Assembly: GCA_963766715.1 (NCBI GenBank)
Contig: CAVYBH010000012.1
Location: 64,001 to 128,000 of the forward strand
Direction: 5' to 3'
DNA: 64,000 nt
Source of the DNA: an uncultured delta proteobacterium
Lineage (GTDB): Bacteria; Myxococcota; Myxococcia; Myxococcales; Anaeromyxobacteraceae
Position numbers and translations under genes: made by a program. This document shows, one piece after another, positions 32,915 through 44,300 of the stretch (positions are counted from its first letter, which is position 1; each line of letters begins with the position of its first letter). The notes under the pieces are model-generated. The model made no database searches and was not told the origin of the DNA. It saw only the letters and a list, made by a program, of their open reading frames with translations.

Positions 32915-33463
32915 ATGATCCCTCCCGCTCTCGTCCTGGCCGCAGTTCTCTCCGCCGCCCCCGTTCCCGCCGCGGCTCCTCCCCCGGCCCCGGCCCCGGC
33001 CACGCCCGCCGATGCCTGGGCGCCCCTGCGATTCCTCCTGGGCACGTGGAAGACCGAGGCGGGCGGGGGCAAGCCGGGGGAGGCGGTGTCGGGAGGATTC
33101 ACCTTCGCGCTCGAGCTCGACGGCCGGGTCGCCGTCCGACGGAGCCGGTCGGAGTACGCGCCCCGGCCCGGCGAGACCGTGGGCGTGAGGCACGAGGACC
33201 TGACCGTCCTCTTCCGGGACGGGGACGGGCTCGGAGCCACCTACTGGGACAACGAGGGGCACGTGATCCGCTACGCGGTGCGGTCGGAGGGCGACACGGT
33301 CACCTTCGAGAGCGTCCCGGGCGTCCCCGGGCCGAGGTTCCGCCTGGTGTACGTGCGGCGCGGGAGCGACGGCGTGGAGGTGACCTTCTCGATCGCGCCA
33401 CCCGGCGGGGACTTCCAGCCTTACGTCTCCGGGCTGGCGCGGCGGGCCGGAAATCCATTATAA
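32915..33463 (+). CDS. Secreted hypothetical beta-barrel (lipocalin-like) protein
   Basis: Signal peptide, Pro/Ala linker, LRFLLGTW, YWDNEGH; TAGACT 6 nt before the ATG. Confidence 0.7.
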   Translation: MIPPALVLAAVLSAAPVPAAAPPPAPAPATPADAWAPLRFLLGTWKTEAGGGKPGEAVSGGFTFALELDGRVAVRRSRSEYAPRPGETVGVRHEDLTVLFRDGDGLGATYWDNEGHVIRYAVRSEGDTVTFESVPGVPGPRFRLVYVRRGSDGVEVTFSIAPPGGDFQPYVSGLARRAGNPL

Positions 33464-33509
33464 CGGAACACCATCCTGTTGAACGGATACCCCCGCCCGG
33501 GAGAATCGA

Positions 33510-34322
33510 ATGTCGAATCGCCTCGCCGCCGCCGCAGTCCTCGCCCTGTCCCTGCTCGTCCCCGCCGTTCCCCGGGCCGCCGACCCCGTCGAGATCACGT
33601 TCGGCGTCTCCCCCGGCCCGTACGGGGACATGGTGAAGAAGGCCATCGCGCCGGCGCTCGAGAAGCGCGGGTACAAGGTCACCGTCAAGGAGTTCAGCGA
33701 CTACGTCCAGCCCAACCTCGCGCTGGCGAACGGCTCGATCCACGCCAACCTGTTCCAGCACAGCGTCTACCTGGCCAAGTTCTCGGCCGACAAGGGGCTG
33801 AAGCTCTCGCCCGTCCTGTCGGTTCCCACCGCCGGCGCCGGCCTCTACTCGCGAAGGGTGAAGTCGCTCGACCAGCTGAAGCCGGGCGACGAGCTGGTGG
33901 TGTCGAACGATCCCACCAACCTGGCCCGGCACCTCCGCTTCCTGCAGAAGGTCGGGCTCGTGAAGCTGCGCCCCGACGTCGACCCCGCCAAGGTCTCGGA
34001 GAAGGACATCGCCGAGAATCCGCGCCAGCTCCGCATCCGGCCCATCGAGGCGGCCCAGGCTCCCCGGGCCCTCGACAGCGTGGCGATCGTGGTGGTGAAC
34101 GGGAACTACGCGGTCGCCGCCGGCATCCCGCTCTCCACGGCCATCGTCACCGAGCAGCTCGACGAGACCCTGAAGAACGTCGTGGCCGTCCGGACCGAGG
34201 ACCTCGACCGGGCGCTGGGGAAGGACATCCGCGCGGTCCTCGAGTCGCCGGCCTTCCGGGCCGCCATCGACGACCCGGCCAGCCCGTTCAAGGACTTCCA
34301 GAAGCCGGCCTGGATGAAGTAG
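33510..34322 (+). CDS. metQ: Methionine ABC transporter substrate-binding protein
   Basis: EFSDYVQPN, ANLFQH, NDPTNLAR, VNGNYA. Confidence 0.9.
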   Translation: MSNRLAAAAVLALSLLVPAVPRAADPVEITFGVSPGPYGDMVKKAIAPALEKRGYKVTVKEFSDYVQPNLALANGSIHANLFQHSVYLAKFSADKGLKLSPVLSVPTAGAGLYSRRVKSLDQLKPGDELVVSNDPTNLARHLRFLQKVGLVKLRPDVDPAKVSEKDIAENPRQLRIRPIEAAQAPRALDSVAIVVVNGNYAVAAGIPLSTAIVTEQLDETLKNVVAVRTEDLDRALGKDIRAVLESPAFRAAIDDPASPFKDFQKPAWMK

Positions 34323-34333
34323 CGAAGGGGCGG

Positions 34334-35343
34334 ATGATCCAGCTCGAGCAGGTGTCGGTCCGGTTCGAGGGCCGGGGGCGGTCGGTCGAGGCCGTCCGCG
34401 ACGTCTCGCTGCGCGTCGGGCGGGGCGAGGTCTTCGGGATCGTCGGCAAGAGCGGCGCGGGCAAGAGCACGCTCGTGCGCACGGTCAACCTCCTGACGCG
34501 CCCGTCGCGCGGGACCGTCCGCATCGAAGGCGTCGACGTCACCGCCTTCGACGGCGAGGCGCTCCGCGAGGTCCGGCGCGGCATCGGGATGATCTTCCAG
34601 CACTTCAACCTGATGCACGCCCGGACCGCCGCCGAGAACGTGGCCTTCGCGCTCCGGGTGGCGGGGCGCCCCGCCGCGGAGATCGCGCGGCGGGTGCCCG
34701 AGCTCCTCTCGCGGGTCGGGCTGGACGGGGCACGGCGACGCCTACCCGGCGCAGCTCTCCGGCGGCCAGAAGCAGCGGGTGGGCATCGCCCGGGCGCTGG
34801 CCAACGACCCGGCCATCCTGCTCTGCGACGAGCCCACCTCGGCGCTCGACCTGGAGACCACCGCGTCGATCCTCGACCTGCTGCGGGACATCAACCGCGA
34901 GCGGGGGATCACGCTCGTGGTGATCACCCACGAGATGGAGGTCGTGAAGGCCATCTGCGACCGGGTGGCGGTGATGGACGGCGGGGCGGTGGTCGAGGAG
35001 GGCACGGTCTACGGGATCTTCGCGTCGCCCCGCCACGAGCTCACCCGCCAGCTGGTGGCGCGGACGCAGGCGCTCGAGCTCCCGGAGCGGCTCCTCGACG
35101 GCACCCACGGACGGATCGTGAAGATCACCTACCGCGGGAGAGCGGGCCGAGGAGCCCATCATCTCCGAGGCGTCCCGCCGCTTCGACGTCCGGCTCAACA
35201 TCCTCCACGGCCGCATCGAGTACGTCGGAGGGCACGCCATCGGGCTGCTCGTCGCCGGGATCACCGGGCCTCCCGCCGAGGTCGAGAAGGCCACGGCCTA
35301 CCTCCGGGATCAGGCTGCCGGGCTCGAGGTCCTCCATGAGTGA
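34334..35343 (+). CDS. metN: Methionine ABC transporter ATPase with C-terminal NIL domain (two apparent frameshifts)
   Basis: [44 protein letters not shown]. Confidence 0.9.
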
Positions 35344-36001
35344 CGCCAGCCGCGAGCTGCTCCAGGACCTGGCCAAGGCCTTCCTGGAGACCTTCCAGAT
35401 GGTCGGGATCTCCCTCTCCCTGGCGCTGGTCCTCGGGGTGCCGCTCGGGCTCGTGCTCTTCGTCACCGATCGGGGGCGATTCCTGGAGAGCCGGACCGCC
35501 AGCGCCGCCGGCGGGGCGGCGGTCAACGTGATCCGCTCGATCCCCTTCGTGATCCTCCTCGTCCTGGTGCTGCCCTTCACCCAGTGGATGCTGGGGACGA
35601 CCATCGGCCCGATCGCGGCCGCGGTGCCCCTGTCGATCGCCGCCATCGCCTTCTACGCGCGGCTGGTCCACGGGTCGCTCTGCGAGGTCGACCCGGGCGT
35701 GATCGAGGCGGCCACCGCGGCCGGGGCGACGCCGGGCCAGATCGTGCGCTGGGTGCTGCTCCCGGAGGCGATGCCGGGCCTGCTGCGGGGCCTCACCGTC
35801 ACCGCCATCAGCCTCATCGGCTTCTCGGCCATGGCCGGGATTGTCGGGGGCGGCGGGGTGGGGGACCTGGCCATCCGGTTCGGCTACTACCGCTACGAGA
35901 CGCGGGTGATGGTCGCGACGGTGGTCGTGCTCATCGTCCTCGTCCAGCTGGTCCAGGTGGCCGGCGACGCGGCGGCGCGGCGCGCCGATCACGGCGGCTG
36001 A
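35336..36001 (+). CDS. metI: Methionine ABC transporter permease
   Basis: [11 protein letters not shown] motif, [21 protein letters not shown]. Confidence 0.93.
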   Translation: MSDASRELLQDLAKAFLETFQMVGISLSLALVLGVPLGLVLFVTDRGRFLESRTASAAGGAAVNVIRSIPFVILLVLVLPFTQWMLGTTIGPIAAAVPLSIAAIAFYARLVHGSLCEVDPGVIEAATAAGATPGQIVRWVLLPEAMPGLLRGLTVTAISLIGFSAMAGIVGGGGVGDLAIRFGYYRYETRVMVATVVVLIVLVQLVQVAGDAAARRADHGG

Positions 36002-36015
36002 GCCCGCGCGCCCCG

Positions 36016-36399
36016 TCAGCGGGGGCGCACCAGCTCCCGCACCGACGCCACCAGTTGACGGTAGGTGAACGGCTTGAACAGGACCGGGGCCGGGAAGAGC
36101 GAGTCGCGGATGGCCGCCGGAGCCTGGGCCGTGACGAAGAGCACGGGCAGCGCGCCGTGCCCGTCCTGCCGGCGGATCTCCTCCGCCACGGCCGGGCCCT
36201 GGCCGTCCGGGAGCATCACGTCCATGACCACGGCGTCGGGGTCGATCTCCCTCGCCGACTCGAGCGCCTCCCGCCGGGAGCCGGCCGCGGCGACCAGGAA
36301 GCCGGCCTTGGTGAGGCCGCGGACGACGGCCTGGCGGAGCCCGGCGTCGTCCTCGACGAGCAGGACCAGCGGATCGGTGCGATGGAGCGTATGGAGCAC
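36016..36399 (-). CDS. Single-domain response regulator (receiver only)
   Basis: LLVEDD, MDVMLPDGQG, FVTA, KPF; RBS GAGGAGG. Confidence 0.9.
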   Translation of the reverse strand: MLHTLHRTDPLVLLVEDDAGLRQAVVRGLTKAGFLVAAAGSRREALESAREIDPDAVVMDVMLPDGQGPAVAEEIRRQDGHGALPVLFVTAQAPAAIRDSLFPAPVLFKPFTYRQLVASVRELVRPR

Positions 36400-36445
36400 G
36401 GGTACCTCCTCGCCCCCGGCGTCGGCCGGGGACGGGACTCCAGGT

Positions 36446-36461
36446 AGCAATCGGCGTGCCC
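36446..36461 (-). promoter_or_regulatory. sigma54 promoter candidate for the response regulator gene
   Basis: Minus strand GGGCACGCCGATTGCT, near-consensus TGGCACG-N4-TTGCW. Confidence 0.7.
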
Positions 36462-36616
36462 CGGGGAGCGCCCTGTCGCGACGAGCACTTCCGCGGATGG
36501 CGGCGCAGCGGCCTGCCAATCTGTCAGGTGGCGCCTCCCCGGCGCGCCAATCTGGCAATGGAGGGGTAAGGTTCTCCCTGCGTGGCCCCCACGACTCCCG
36601 GACGCGTGCGCGTGAG

Positions 36617-37403
36617 ATGGCCCCTCGGGTCGCCGTCGCCGGCGCCTCGCCCCGGTGCTGGCGGTCCTCGCGGCCGGCATGCTCGCCGGTTGCGCCACCG
36701 CCCGCGGCGGCGGTCCGGGAGACGCCCCGCCGGTGCCGGGCGTGCGGGCGATGGAGGGGAGTCCCGCCGGCGCCCTGCCGTACCGCCTCTGGCTGCCCGC
36801 GACGGCGACGGCGGACCGCCCGGCGCGCCTGCTCGTCTGGCTCCACCCCTCGACCGCGTCGATGAATTCCCAGGTGGAGGCCCTGGTCGCGGACCTCGCA
36901 GCGCGGGGCTTCGCGCTGCTGGTCCCGACCGAGAAGGACTTCTCGGGCTGGAGCCGGGAGGAGGTCCGCCAGCTCTTCGACGGGAACGCTCCCGATGGTC
37001 GCGCGGACGCCGGGACTGGATGCGGCGAGACCGGCCCTGCTGGGCTTCAGCGCGGGAGGGCAGATGGCGCTCCTGCTCTGGGTGCAGTTCCCCGGCGGCT
37101 TCTCCGGAATTGCGGTCGTCGGGGCCGAGCCGGTGGCCTTCGGCGCAGGGGGGGCCACGCGGGACCTCGAGCCCCCGCCGGGGGAGGGGGCCCGGACCAC
37201 GCCGCTCCTGGTGATGGAGGGAGGGCAGGAGCGGGGAGCCCGCATGTGGCAAGGCGTCCTCCAGCCCTGGCGCGACGCGGGCGTCCCGATTCGAGCTCCG
37301 GGTCGCGCCGGGTCGCGGGCACGAGTGGTTGCTCGCGCTCCCGGCCGAGCGCGAGGCCTTCCTGGGCTGGATTGAGAAGCTGCCTTCCCGGGGCGCACGA
37401 TAG
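36617..37403 (+). CDS. Alpha/beta-hydrolase lipoprotein (apparent frameshifts; start uncertain)
   Basis: LAGC lipobox, LLVWLHP, nucleophile motif GFSAGG, GHEW near the C-terminus. Confidence 0.7.
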
Positions 37404-37418
37404 AGGTACGCTTCGGCC

Positions 37419-38423
37419 ATGGCCGGCCCCACCGACACCCCCAAGCCCCCGATCGATCCCGGAGACGATCCGGACGAGCTCGCGCGAAACGCCACGCTCG
37501 ACGAGCTGCAGCGGATGAAGGCGGCCGAGGAGCTGCACCGCCTTCGCCACGACCGAAAGGCCCGGCGCTCGCGCCTCGCCATCGCCGGCCAGGTGCTGGT
37601 GGGCTGGGTGGCGCTGGCCGGCCTGGTGGTGAACGCCTACCAGTCGTACTCCAACAAGCAGCAGCAGGAGCACCGCGACCGGACCGAGCTGGAGAAGTGG
37701 AACAAGGAGTTCGCGCGCGCCAGCCAGGCCGACAAGTACCGGGCCTTCTTCGAGACCAGCATGCTGGCGACCGACTCGACGAACGCCGACAAGCGGCTGG
37801 TCGGCTACGCCCTGCTCCAGGAGTTCGTGCGCGATCCGATCTACGACGAGAAGGCGATGATCATGCTGGAGGAGTCCCTCTCGCAGGAGCTCCGGGCCGC
37901 GCCGACGGACAAGCTGGACGACGCCCGCCGGGCCGCGGTGCGGGCCATCCTCACCTCGCTCGCGGGCACCGAGGACTGCCGGGCGCTGCAGCGCGCCGCG
38001 CGCAGCGTGGACCGGGTGGCCCGGTACCACGCCCGGACCCGGGACGAGGGGGAGACCCGCGAGGTGATCGAGGTCTACGTGCGGCGGCTCGTCGGCCGCG
38101 CGGCGGTGGTCTGCGGGAGCCTGAAGGACTTCCGGGGGGTCCGGCTCCCCATCCGCGACACGATGCTGCGGAACCCCGAGCTGATTGGCCTGAACGATCC
38201 CACCGAGGCCGAGGCCAACCTCCTCATCGCCGCCATCCTCCGGCAGCGATGCGAGGAGGAGATGGCCTACTCCGGGGCCAGCGACTGCCCGGCGATCCTC
38301 CGCGCCTACGCCGCGCTGTGCGACAAGGGGGGAAGCGAGCCGGAGGACGAACGGCAGGCCTGCCAGGTCGTGCAGGAGGGCGCGGCGAAGCTCCCCGGCG
38401 CCGCGCCGAAGGGGACGCCATGA
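37419..38423 (+). CDS. Hypothetical single-TM protein with a Cys-containing helical C-terminal region
   Basis: 334-aa ORF with strong G/C third-position bias; TACGCT 6 nt before the ATG. Confidence 0.8.
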   Translation: MAGPTDTPKPPIDPGDDPDELARNATLDELQRMKAAEELHRLRHDRKARRSRLAIAGQVLVGWVALAGLVVNAYQSYSNKQQQEHRDRTELEKWNKEFARASQADKYRAFFETSMLATDSTNADKRLVGYALLQEFVRDPIYDEKAMIMLEESLSQELRAAPTDKLDDARRAAVRAILTSLAGTEDCRALQRAARSVDRVARYHARTRDEGETREVIEVYVRRLVGRAAVVCGSLKDFRGVRLPIRDTMLRNPELIGLNDPTEAEANLLIAAILRQRCEEEMAYSGASDCPAILRAYAALCDKGGSEPEDERQACQVVQEGAAKLPGAAPKGTP

Positions 38424-38851
38424 AGGGATTCAAGGACGAGAAGGAGTTCCGCCGGGTCTTCGAGCGCATCTTCGAGCTCATGAACGAGACCCCCGCGGTG
38501 GGGAGGAAGCTGCGCGACGCGCGCGCCCCGCACCGCTTCCTCATCACCGACCTGGGACTCGAGTTCAACGTGAACGGCGCTCCCGAGTCCGACGAGGCGA
38601 AGGGGCGGTTCCTCCGCTGGACCTGGGGGAGGGCCGACTGGGAGCCCGTCGTCACCATGCGGATGACGAGCGAGGTCGCCAACCGGTTCTTCCAGGGGAA
38701 GGAGAACGTGCCGCTCGCGCTCGCCCTCGGCAAGGTGAAGCTCTCCGGGCCGCCGCTGACCCTGCTCCAGCTCGCGCCGGTCACGAATCCCGTCCACCCC
38801 GTCTACCGGGCCTGGCTGAAGCAGAGCGGCCTCGACCACCTCCTCGCCTAG
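38420..38851 (+). CDS. SCP2 sterol/lipid-binding domain protein
   Basis: MTSEVANRFFQGKENVPLALALGKVKLSG, an SCP2-like C-terminus. Confidence 0.75.
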   Translation: MKGFKDEKEFRRVFERIFELMNETPAVGRKLRDARAPHRFLITDLGLEFNVNGAPESDEAKGRFLRWTWGRADWEPVVTMRMTSEVANRFFQGKENVPLALALGKVKLSGPPLTLLQLAPVTNPVHPVYRAWLKQSGLDHLLA

Positions 38852-38853
38852 CG

Positions 38854-40194
38854 ATGGCCTCCTTCCTCCGGAACGTCGACGCGTCGTGGCTGCGCATGGA
38901 CGACCCGTCGAACCTCATGGTCGTCACCGGCGTCCTGATCCTCGACGCCCCGGTCCCGGTCGAGCGGATCCGCGCGCTGCTCGAGCAGCGGATCGTGCGG
39001 TTCCGGCGCTTCACGAGCCGCGTCGTCCCCCGCCGGGTGGGGTGGGGCTGCCCTCCTGGGAACCCGACCCGGACTTCTCCCTCGACCGCCACCTGAGCGT
39101 GGTCCGGCTCGCACCGGGCGCCGGCGACCCGGCGCTCCAGGCCTTCGTGAGCGAGCAGCTCTCCGAGCCCTTCCCGGAGGGGCGGCCGCTCTGGAGCATG
39201 CACCTCGTCGAGCACTTCCGCGGGGGCTCCGCGCTCGTGGCCCGGATCCACCACTGCATCGGGGACGGGCTCGCGCTCGTCCACGTGCTGCTCTCGATGG
39301 CCGACGGCATGCCCGAGCCGGAGACGCGGCGCGGGCGCAGGGCCGCCTCCTGGGGCATCACCCTGGGCCGACGCGTGGTGAAGGGTGCGGCCTCGGTGCT
39401 CGAGCGGCCGGGGCGCATCGGCGACCTGGCCCGGCTCGCGTCCGCCAGCACCACCTCGCTGCTGGAGCCTGCTGGCGCTTCCCGGCGACCCGGCCACCTC
39501 GCTCAAGGGCACGCTCGGGGTGCGGAAGACGGCCGCCTGGTCGCGACCCTTCGAGGTCGCCGAGTTCAAGGCCATCGGCCGGGCCACCGGCTCCACGGTG
39601 AACGACGTGCTCATGGGCGCGCTCACCGGCGCGCTCCGCCGCTCGCTCCTCCGGCGGGGAGAGGTGCCTCCGGACCTCGAGGTGCGCGCCGTCGTTCCCG
39701 TGAACCTCCGGCGGCCGGAGGCGGCGGGCCGCCTGGGAAACCGGTTCGGCCTCGTGTTCCTGGCGCTCCCGGTGGGCATCGAGGACCCGCTCGACCGGCT
39801 CTTCGAGGTGCGGCGAAGGATGCGCGCGCTGAAGAGCTCTCCGCAGGCGCTGGCGGTGTACCAGGTGCTCTGGGCCATGGGCCTGGCCCCGAAGCCGGTC
39901 TTCGACCTGGCGCTGCGGATCTTCGCCTCGAAGGGCACCGCCGTCGTGACCAACGTCGTCGGGCCCCGGGAGCCGATCTCCATCGCCGGTGCGCCGCTGC
40001 GACAGGCCATGTTCTGGGTTCCGAGCGCCGGTCGGCTCGCCCTCGGCGTATCGCTGCTCAGCTATGCCGGGAAGGTCTGGATGGGGCTGCAGTGCGACGC
40101 GGCGATCGTTCCCGATCCCGCCGCCCTCCTCGACGGATTCGAGGAGGAGATCGCCGCGCTCCAGGCGGTGTGCCGGCAAGCAAACGTTGACTGA
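38854..40194 (+). CDS. Wax ester synthase / diacylglycerol acyltransferase (two apparent frameshifts)
   Basis: DASWLRMD, RPLW, catalytic HHCIGDG, TVNDV, PVNLR, TNVVGP. Confidence 0.92.
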
Positions 40195-40293
40195 AATCGA
40201 GCGTTGACGAGATTTTCGTCCCGCCAACCGGGGACCGGGAGTTATCTCCGTGCGCCCCGGCCTGGGTGGGACCGGGGATCAAGGAGGAACACC

Positions 40294-41185
40294 ATGCAAC
40301 GTTCGTTCATCGCTTCCGCCGTCCTGTGCCTCGGCCTCGCCGCCTGCTCGAGCGGCGCGAGCAAGGGCGTCACCGTCAGCGCCTCGACCCAGACGGCCGC
40401 GGGCACCACGCCGCCAAAGGCCACCGCGACCTCCCTCGATGGTGGCAACGGCATCGTCATCACCCAGATCCAGATCGTGGTTCGCAAGTTCGAGGTCGAA
40501 GGGCCGGCCGGCCTGCACGACGGCGCCTGCCTCCGGCGCGCCGACCACGCCCCCGACCGGCACCGGCGGCATGGGCGCGACGCCCGCCGACGACCACGGG
40601 GGCTCGGGCGGCTCGGGTGGCTCGGGCGGGTCCGACGACGGCTCCGGCGACGGCGCGGGCAGCGACGACGGCGAATGCGAGATCGAGAGCGGTCCCTTCC
40701 TCGTCGACCTGTCCGGCGACGCCCTGACGGGTGGCGTCCACGCCGTGGCCGGAGTCGACGTCCCGGCGGGCACCTACGAGGAGCTGCGGTTCCAGATCGC
40801 TCCCATCACCGCGGCGCAGGCGGGAACCGACGCCGGCCTCGGCGCCATGGCCGCGGCGGGTGCGTCGATCCTGGTGAACGGCACGGACGGGACGACGCCG
40901 TTCCAGTTCAAGTCGGCGATCTCGGTCTCCCAGAAGCGCGAGGGCGCGATCGTCGTCGACTCGTCGGGGACGAACGTCACCCTCGACTTCGATCCCTCGG
41001 GGTGGTTCAAGGCCGCCGACGGCTCGAAGCTCGATCCGGCGAGCGCCGCCTCCGCGGCCGCCATCGAGGCCAACATCCGGGCCTCGGTCCGCGTCGTCCA
41101 CGACGACGACCACGACGGGGAGGACGACGACCACGGGGGCGGCGGCGGGGACGGCTCCGGCCACGACCTGAGCGTGGCACGCTGA
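40294..41185 (+). CDS. Lipoprotein with Gly/Asp/His-rich segments (one apparent frameshift near 40505)
   Basis: RBS AAGGAGG, LAAC lipobox, GPFLVDL, VPAGTYEEL, DDDHDGEDDDHG tail. Confidence 0.75.
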
Positions 41186-41204
41186 CCGGAACCCGGGAGC
41201 CGGG

Positions 41205-41230
41205 AGGCGGCGCCCGCCTGGGCGCCGCCT
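41205..41230. terminator. Hairpin between the convergent lipoprotein and tRNA genes
   Basis: 11-bp perfect stem AGGCGGCGCCC/GGGCGCCGCCT with a 4-nt loop; no clear U-tract. Confidence 0.5.
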
Positions 41231-41253
41231 GCCTTCGGTCTCTCCGGGAGAGC

Positions 41254-41329
41254 TGGTGACCCCACGCGGATTCGAACCGCGGTTGCAGCCTTGAAAGGGC
41301 CGAGTCCTGGGCCTCTAGACGATGGGGTC
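41254..41329 (-). tRNA. tRNA-Glu(TTC)
   Basis: 76-nt cloverleaf GACCCCA...TGGGGTC-ACCA; anticodon loop CT-TTC-AA; GGTTCGAATCC T-arm; encoded CCA. Confidence 0.97.
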
Positions 41330-41382
41330 GGGGCGCGGAAATTAGCCGAGGTGCCTCGCCGAAGCAAGACGTTGCGCGAGGA

Positions 41383-44300
41383 TCAGGCGGAGGCGCCCCC
41401 CGCCCTTCCGGGCCAGACCAGCCGGCGAGCCACGGGGCGCTCCTTCAGGTAGAGCGCGAGGCCGCCGAGGATGCCCAGGGCCGGGATCACCAGCGTGGCG
41501 ACGAGCATCATCCTCGGCCACTCGGTGTAGATGGCCGCGGCCCCGACGAGCAGGAGCGCCAGCCAGCCCAGCTGCTGCACCGACGTGAAGATCCGCAGCC
41601 GGCGGAGCCGCACCGGGTCGAGCGGCTCGAGCCGTTCCCAGAGGACCTGCTCCTGGCGCCAGTAGGTGTAGACCACCGGGATGATCTCCAGGGTCAGGAA
41701 GGCCGAGGTGATGAGGCCTCCGACCATGGGCGCCGCGATGCGCTTCATCACGTCGGCGCCGGATCCGGTGGCCCAGAGGAGGGGAAGCAACCCGACCAGC
41801 ATGGTCCCCACGGTCATCAGCTTGGGGCGCACCCGCATCACCGTGCCCTCCATGTGGGCCCAGATGATGTCGTCGAGGTCGCGGATCTTGCCGGCCTGCC
41901 GGCGCCGCTCGTAGGCCGTGTCGATGTAGACGATCATCACGATGCCGGTCTGCGCGGCCAGGCCGACCAGCGCGATGATCCCCACCCAGACCGCCGTCGA
42001 GAGCCGGTAGTCGAGGAGCCAGAGCAGCCAGACGCTCCCCACCAGCGCGAACGGGATGGAGAGGAGGACGATGAGCACCTCGGTCACGTTCCGGAAGTGG
42101 AAGAGCAGGAGGGCGATGATGATGACGAGGGTGAGCGGGATGACGACGCGCAGCCGCTCGTTCATCTTCTCGAGCAGCTCGTATTGCCCGGTCCACTTGA
42201 GGAAGTAGCCGGGGGGCACCGCGAAGCCGCCGGCCCGGGTCGCCTCGTCGACCTCCTCCCGCGCGTGGGCCACGTAGCCGCCGATGTCCACCGACGGATC
42301 CACGTCCACGTAGACGTAGCCGACGAGCAGGCCGCCCTCGTCGCGGAGCATCGGCGGGCCGCCCACGATGCGGATGTCGGCCACCTGCCCGAGCGGGACG
42401 AAGCCGGCGCTCCCGGCGGTGGCGCCGGAGGGCTGCCCGCGGGCGCCCAGCGGCAGGTCCTGCACGCGGGGCATGGCCTGGGACCAGTCGAGCGCCGGGG
42501 CGTCGCTCGCCGTTCCACGAGGCGGGGCGGTCTTGGGCCGTCCGCCGCCCTCGCCGCCCATCTGGGCGAGAAGCAGCTCCGGGATCCGCGCAGGCGTGGC
42601 GTCCCCCGAGCCGCCCATTCCCCCGCCGCCCCCGCCGCCGCGGCTGGCGCCGGGCAGGGGAACCAGGATCTCCTTGATGCGCTCGACGTCGCTGCGCAGG
42701 TCCTGCGGATAGCGGACGCTGATCGAGAACCGCGCACGGCCCTCGACCGTGGTGGTGACCGGCGCGCCGCCGATGGCGGCCTCGATGGTGCGCTGCACGT
42801 CCCCCACGGTGAGGCCACGCCGCGCCAGCGCCTCCCGGTTCGGGAAGATGTCGAGGTAGAGGCCGCCGGTGTTGCGCTCGTAGTAGACGCTGCGGGTGCC
42901 GGGAACGGGCGCGAGCAGCCGCTCCAGCGCCACGCCCATCTTCTCGATCTCGGCGAGGTCGCTGCCCATCACCTTCACCCCGACCGGCGTGCGCACCCCG
43001 GTGGTGAGCATGTCGATGCGGGCCCGGATGGGCATGGTGTAGGCGTTCGTCCAGCCCGGGAACTGGGTGGCCCGGTTCATCTCGCCGGTGAGCTCCTCCC
43101 AGGTGATGCGGCGCCGGTCGGGCCAGACGGGGCGCAGCACCGCCTGGACCCAGCCCGGCGCCCAGCGCGAGTACCAGCGAGGGTGGTCGACCATCCGCCA
43201 CTCGGCCATCGGCCGGAGGCGGACCGTGGTCTCCACCATGGTGATCGGGGCCGGGTCGGTGGCGGTCTCGCCGCGGCCCACCTTGCCGAAGACGCTCGCC
43301 ACCTCCGGGAAGCCCCGCAGCACGCGGTCCTGGCGCTGCAGCGCCCCCCGGGCCTCCTCGATGGAGATGCCCGGGAAGGTCGTGGGCATGAAGAGCACGT
43401 CGCCCTCGTTGAGCGGCGGCATGAACTCGCTGCCCAGCCGGATGGCGAGCGGGACCGCCGAGAGGATGGCGAGCAGCCCCAGCGCCACCGTCGTCTTGGG
43501 CCAGCGCAGCGCCACGAAGACGAACGGCTTGTACACCCGGATGATGGCCTTCGAGATGGGATGCTCCGACTCCGGCCGGATCTTGCCGCGCAGGAGCAGG
43601 TCCCGCAGCGCGGGCGCGAAGGTGATGGAGAGCACGGCGGCCGACAGCATCACGAAGGTCTTCGTGAAGGCGAGCGGCCGGAAGAGGCGGCCGGCCTGCC
43701 CGGTGAGGGTGAAGACCGGCAGGAAGCTCACCGCGATGATGAGCAGGGAGAAGAAGATGGCCGGCGTGACCTCGCGAGCCGCCTCGGCCAGGAGCTTGTG
43801 CCGGTCGGCCCCGGGCGGCGCGGACTCGAGCCGCTTGTGCGACGCCTCGATCATCACGATCTCGGCGTCCACCGTGGCGCCGATGGCGATGGCGATCCCG
43901 CCCAGGCTCATGATGGTGGCGGGGATGTCCAGCAGGTACATGGGGATGAAGGCCAGCGCCACGGCGATCGGGAGCGACAGCATCGGCAGGAGCGCCGACC
44001 GGACGTGGAGGAGGAAGATGAGGATCACCGCGGCCACGGTGAGCATCTCCTCGAGGAGCGCCCGCTTCAGCGTGTCGATGGAGCGGAGGATGAGGTCGGT
44101 CCGGTCGTAGGCGACCTCGGCGGTCACCCCCGGAGGGAATCCGGAGCGCAGCTCCTCGAGCCGCTTCTTGACCCGGTCCACCACCTCGAGGGTGTTCTCG
44201 CCGAAGCGCACCACCACGATGCCGCCCACCGCCTCGCCCTCGCCGTTCCAGTCGAGGGCGCCGCGGCGGATGTCGGGGCCGAAGCGCACCGAGCCCAGGT

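Noticed and set aside
41254..41329. tRNA-Glu as a genomic-island attachment site
   Set aside because: No duplicated tRNA 3' end and no adjacent integrase seen in the window
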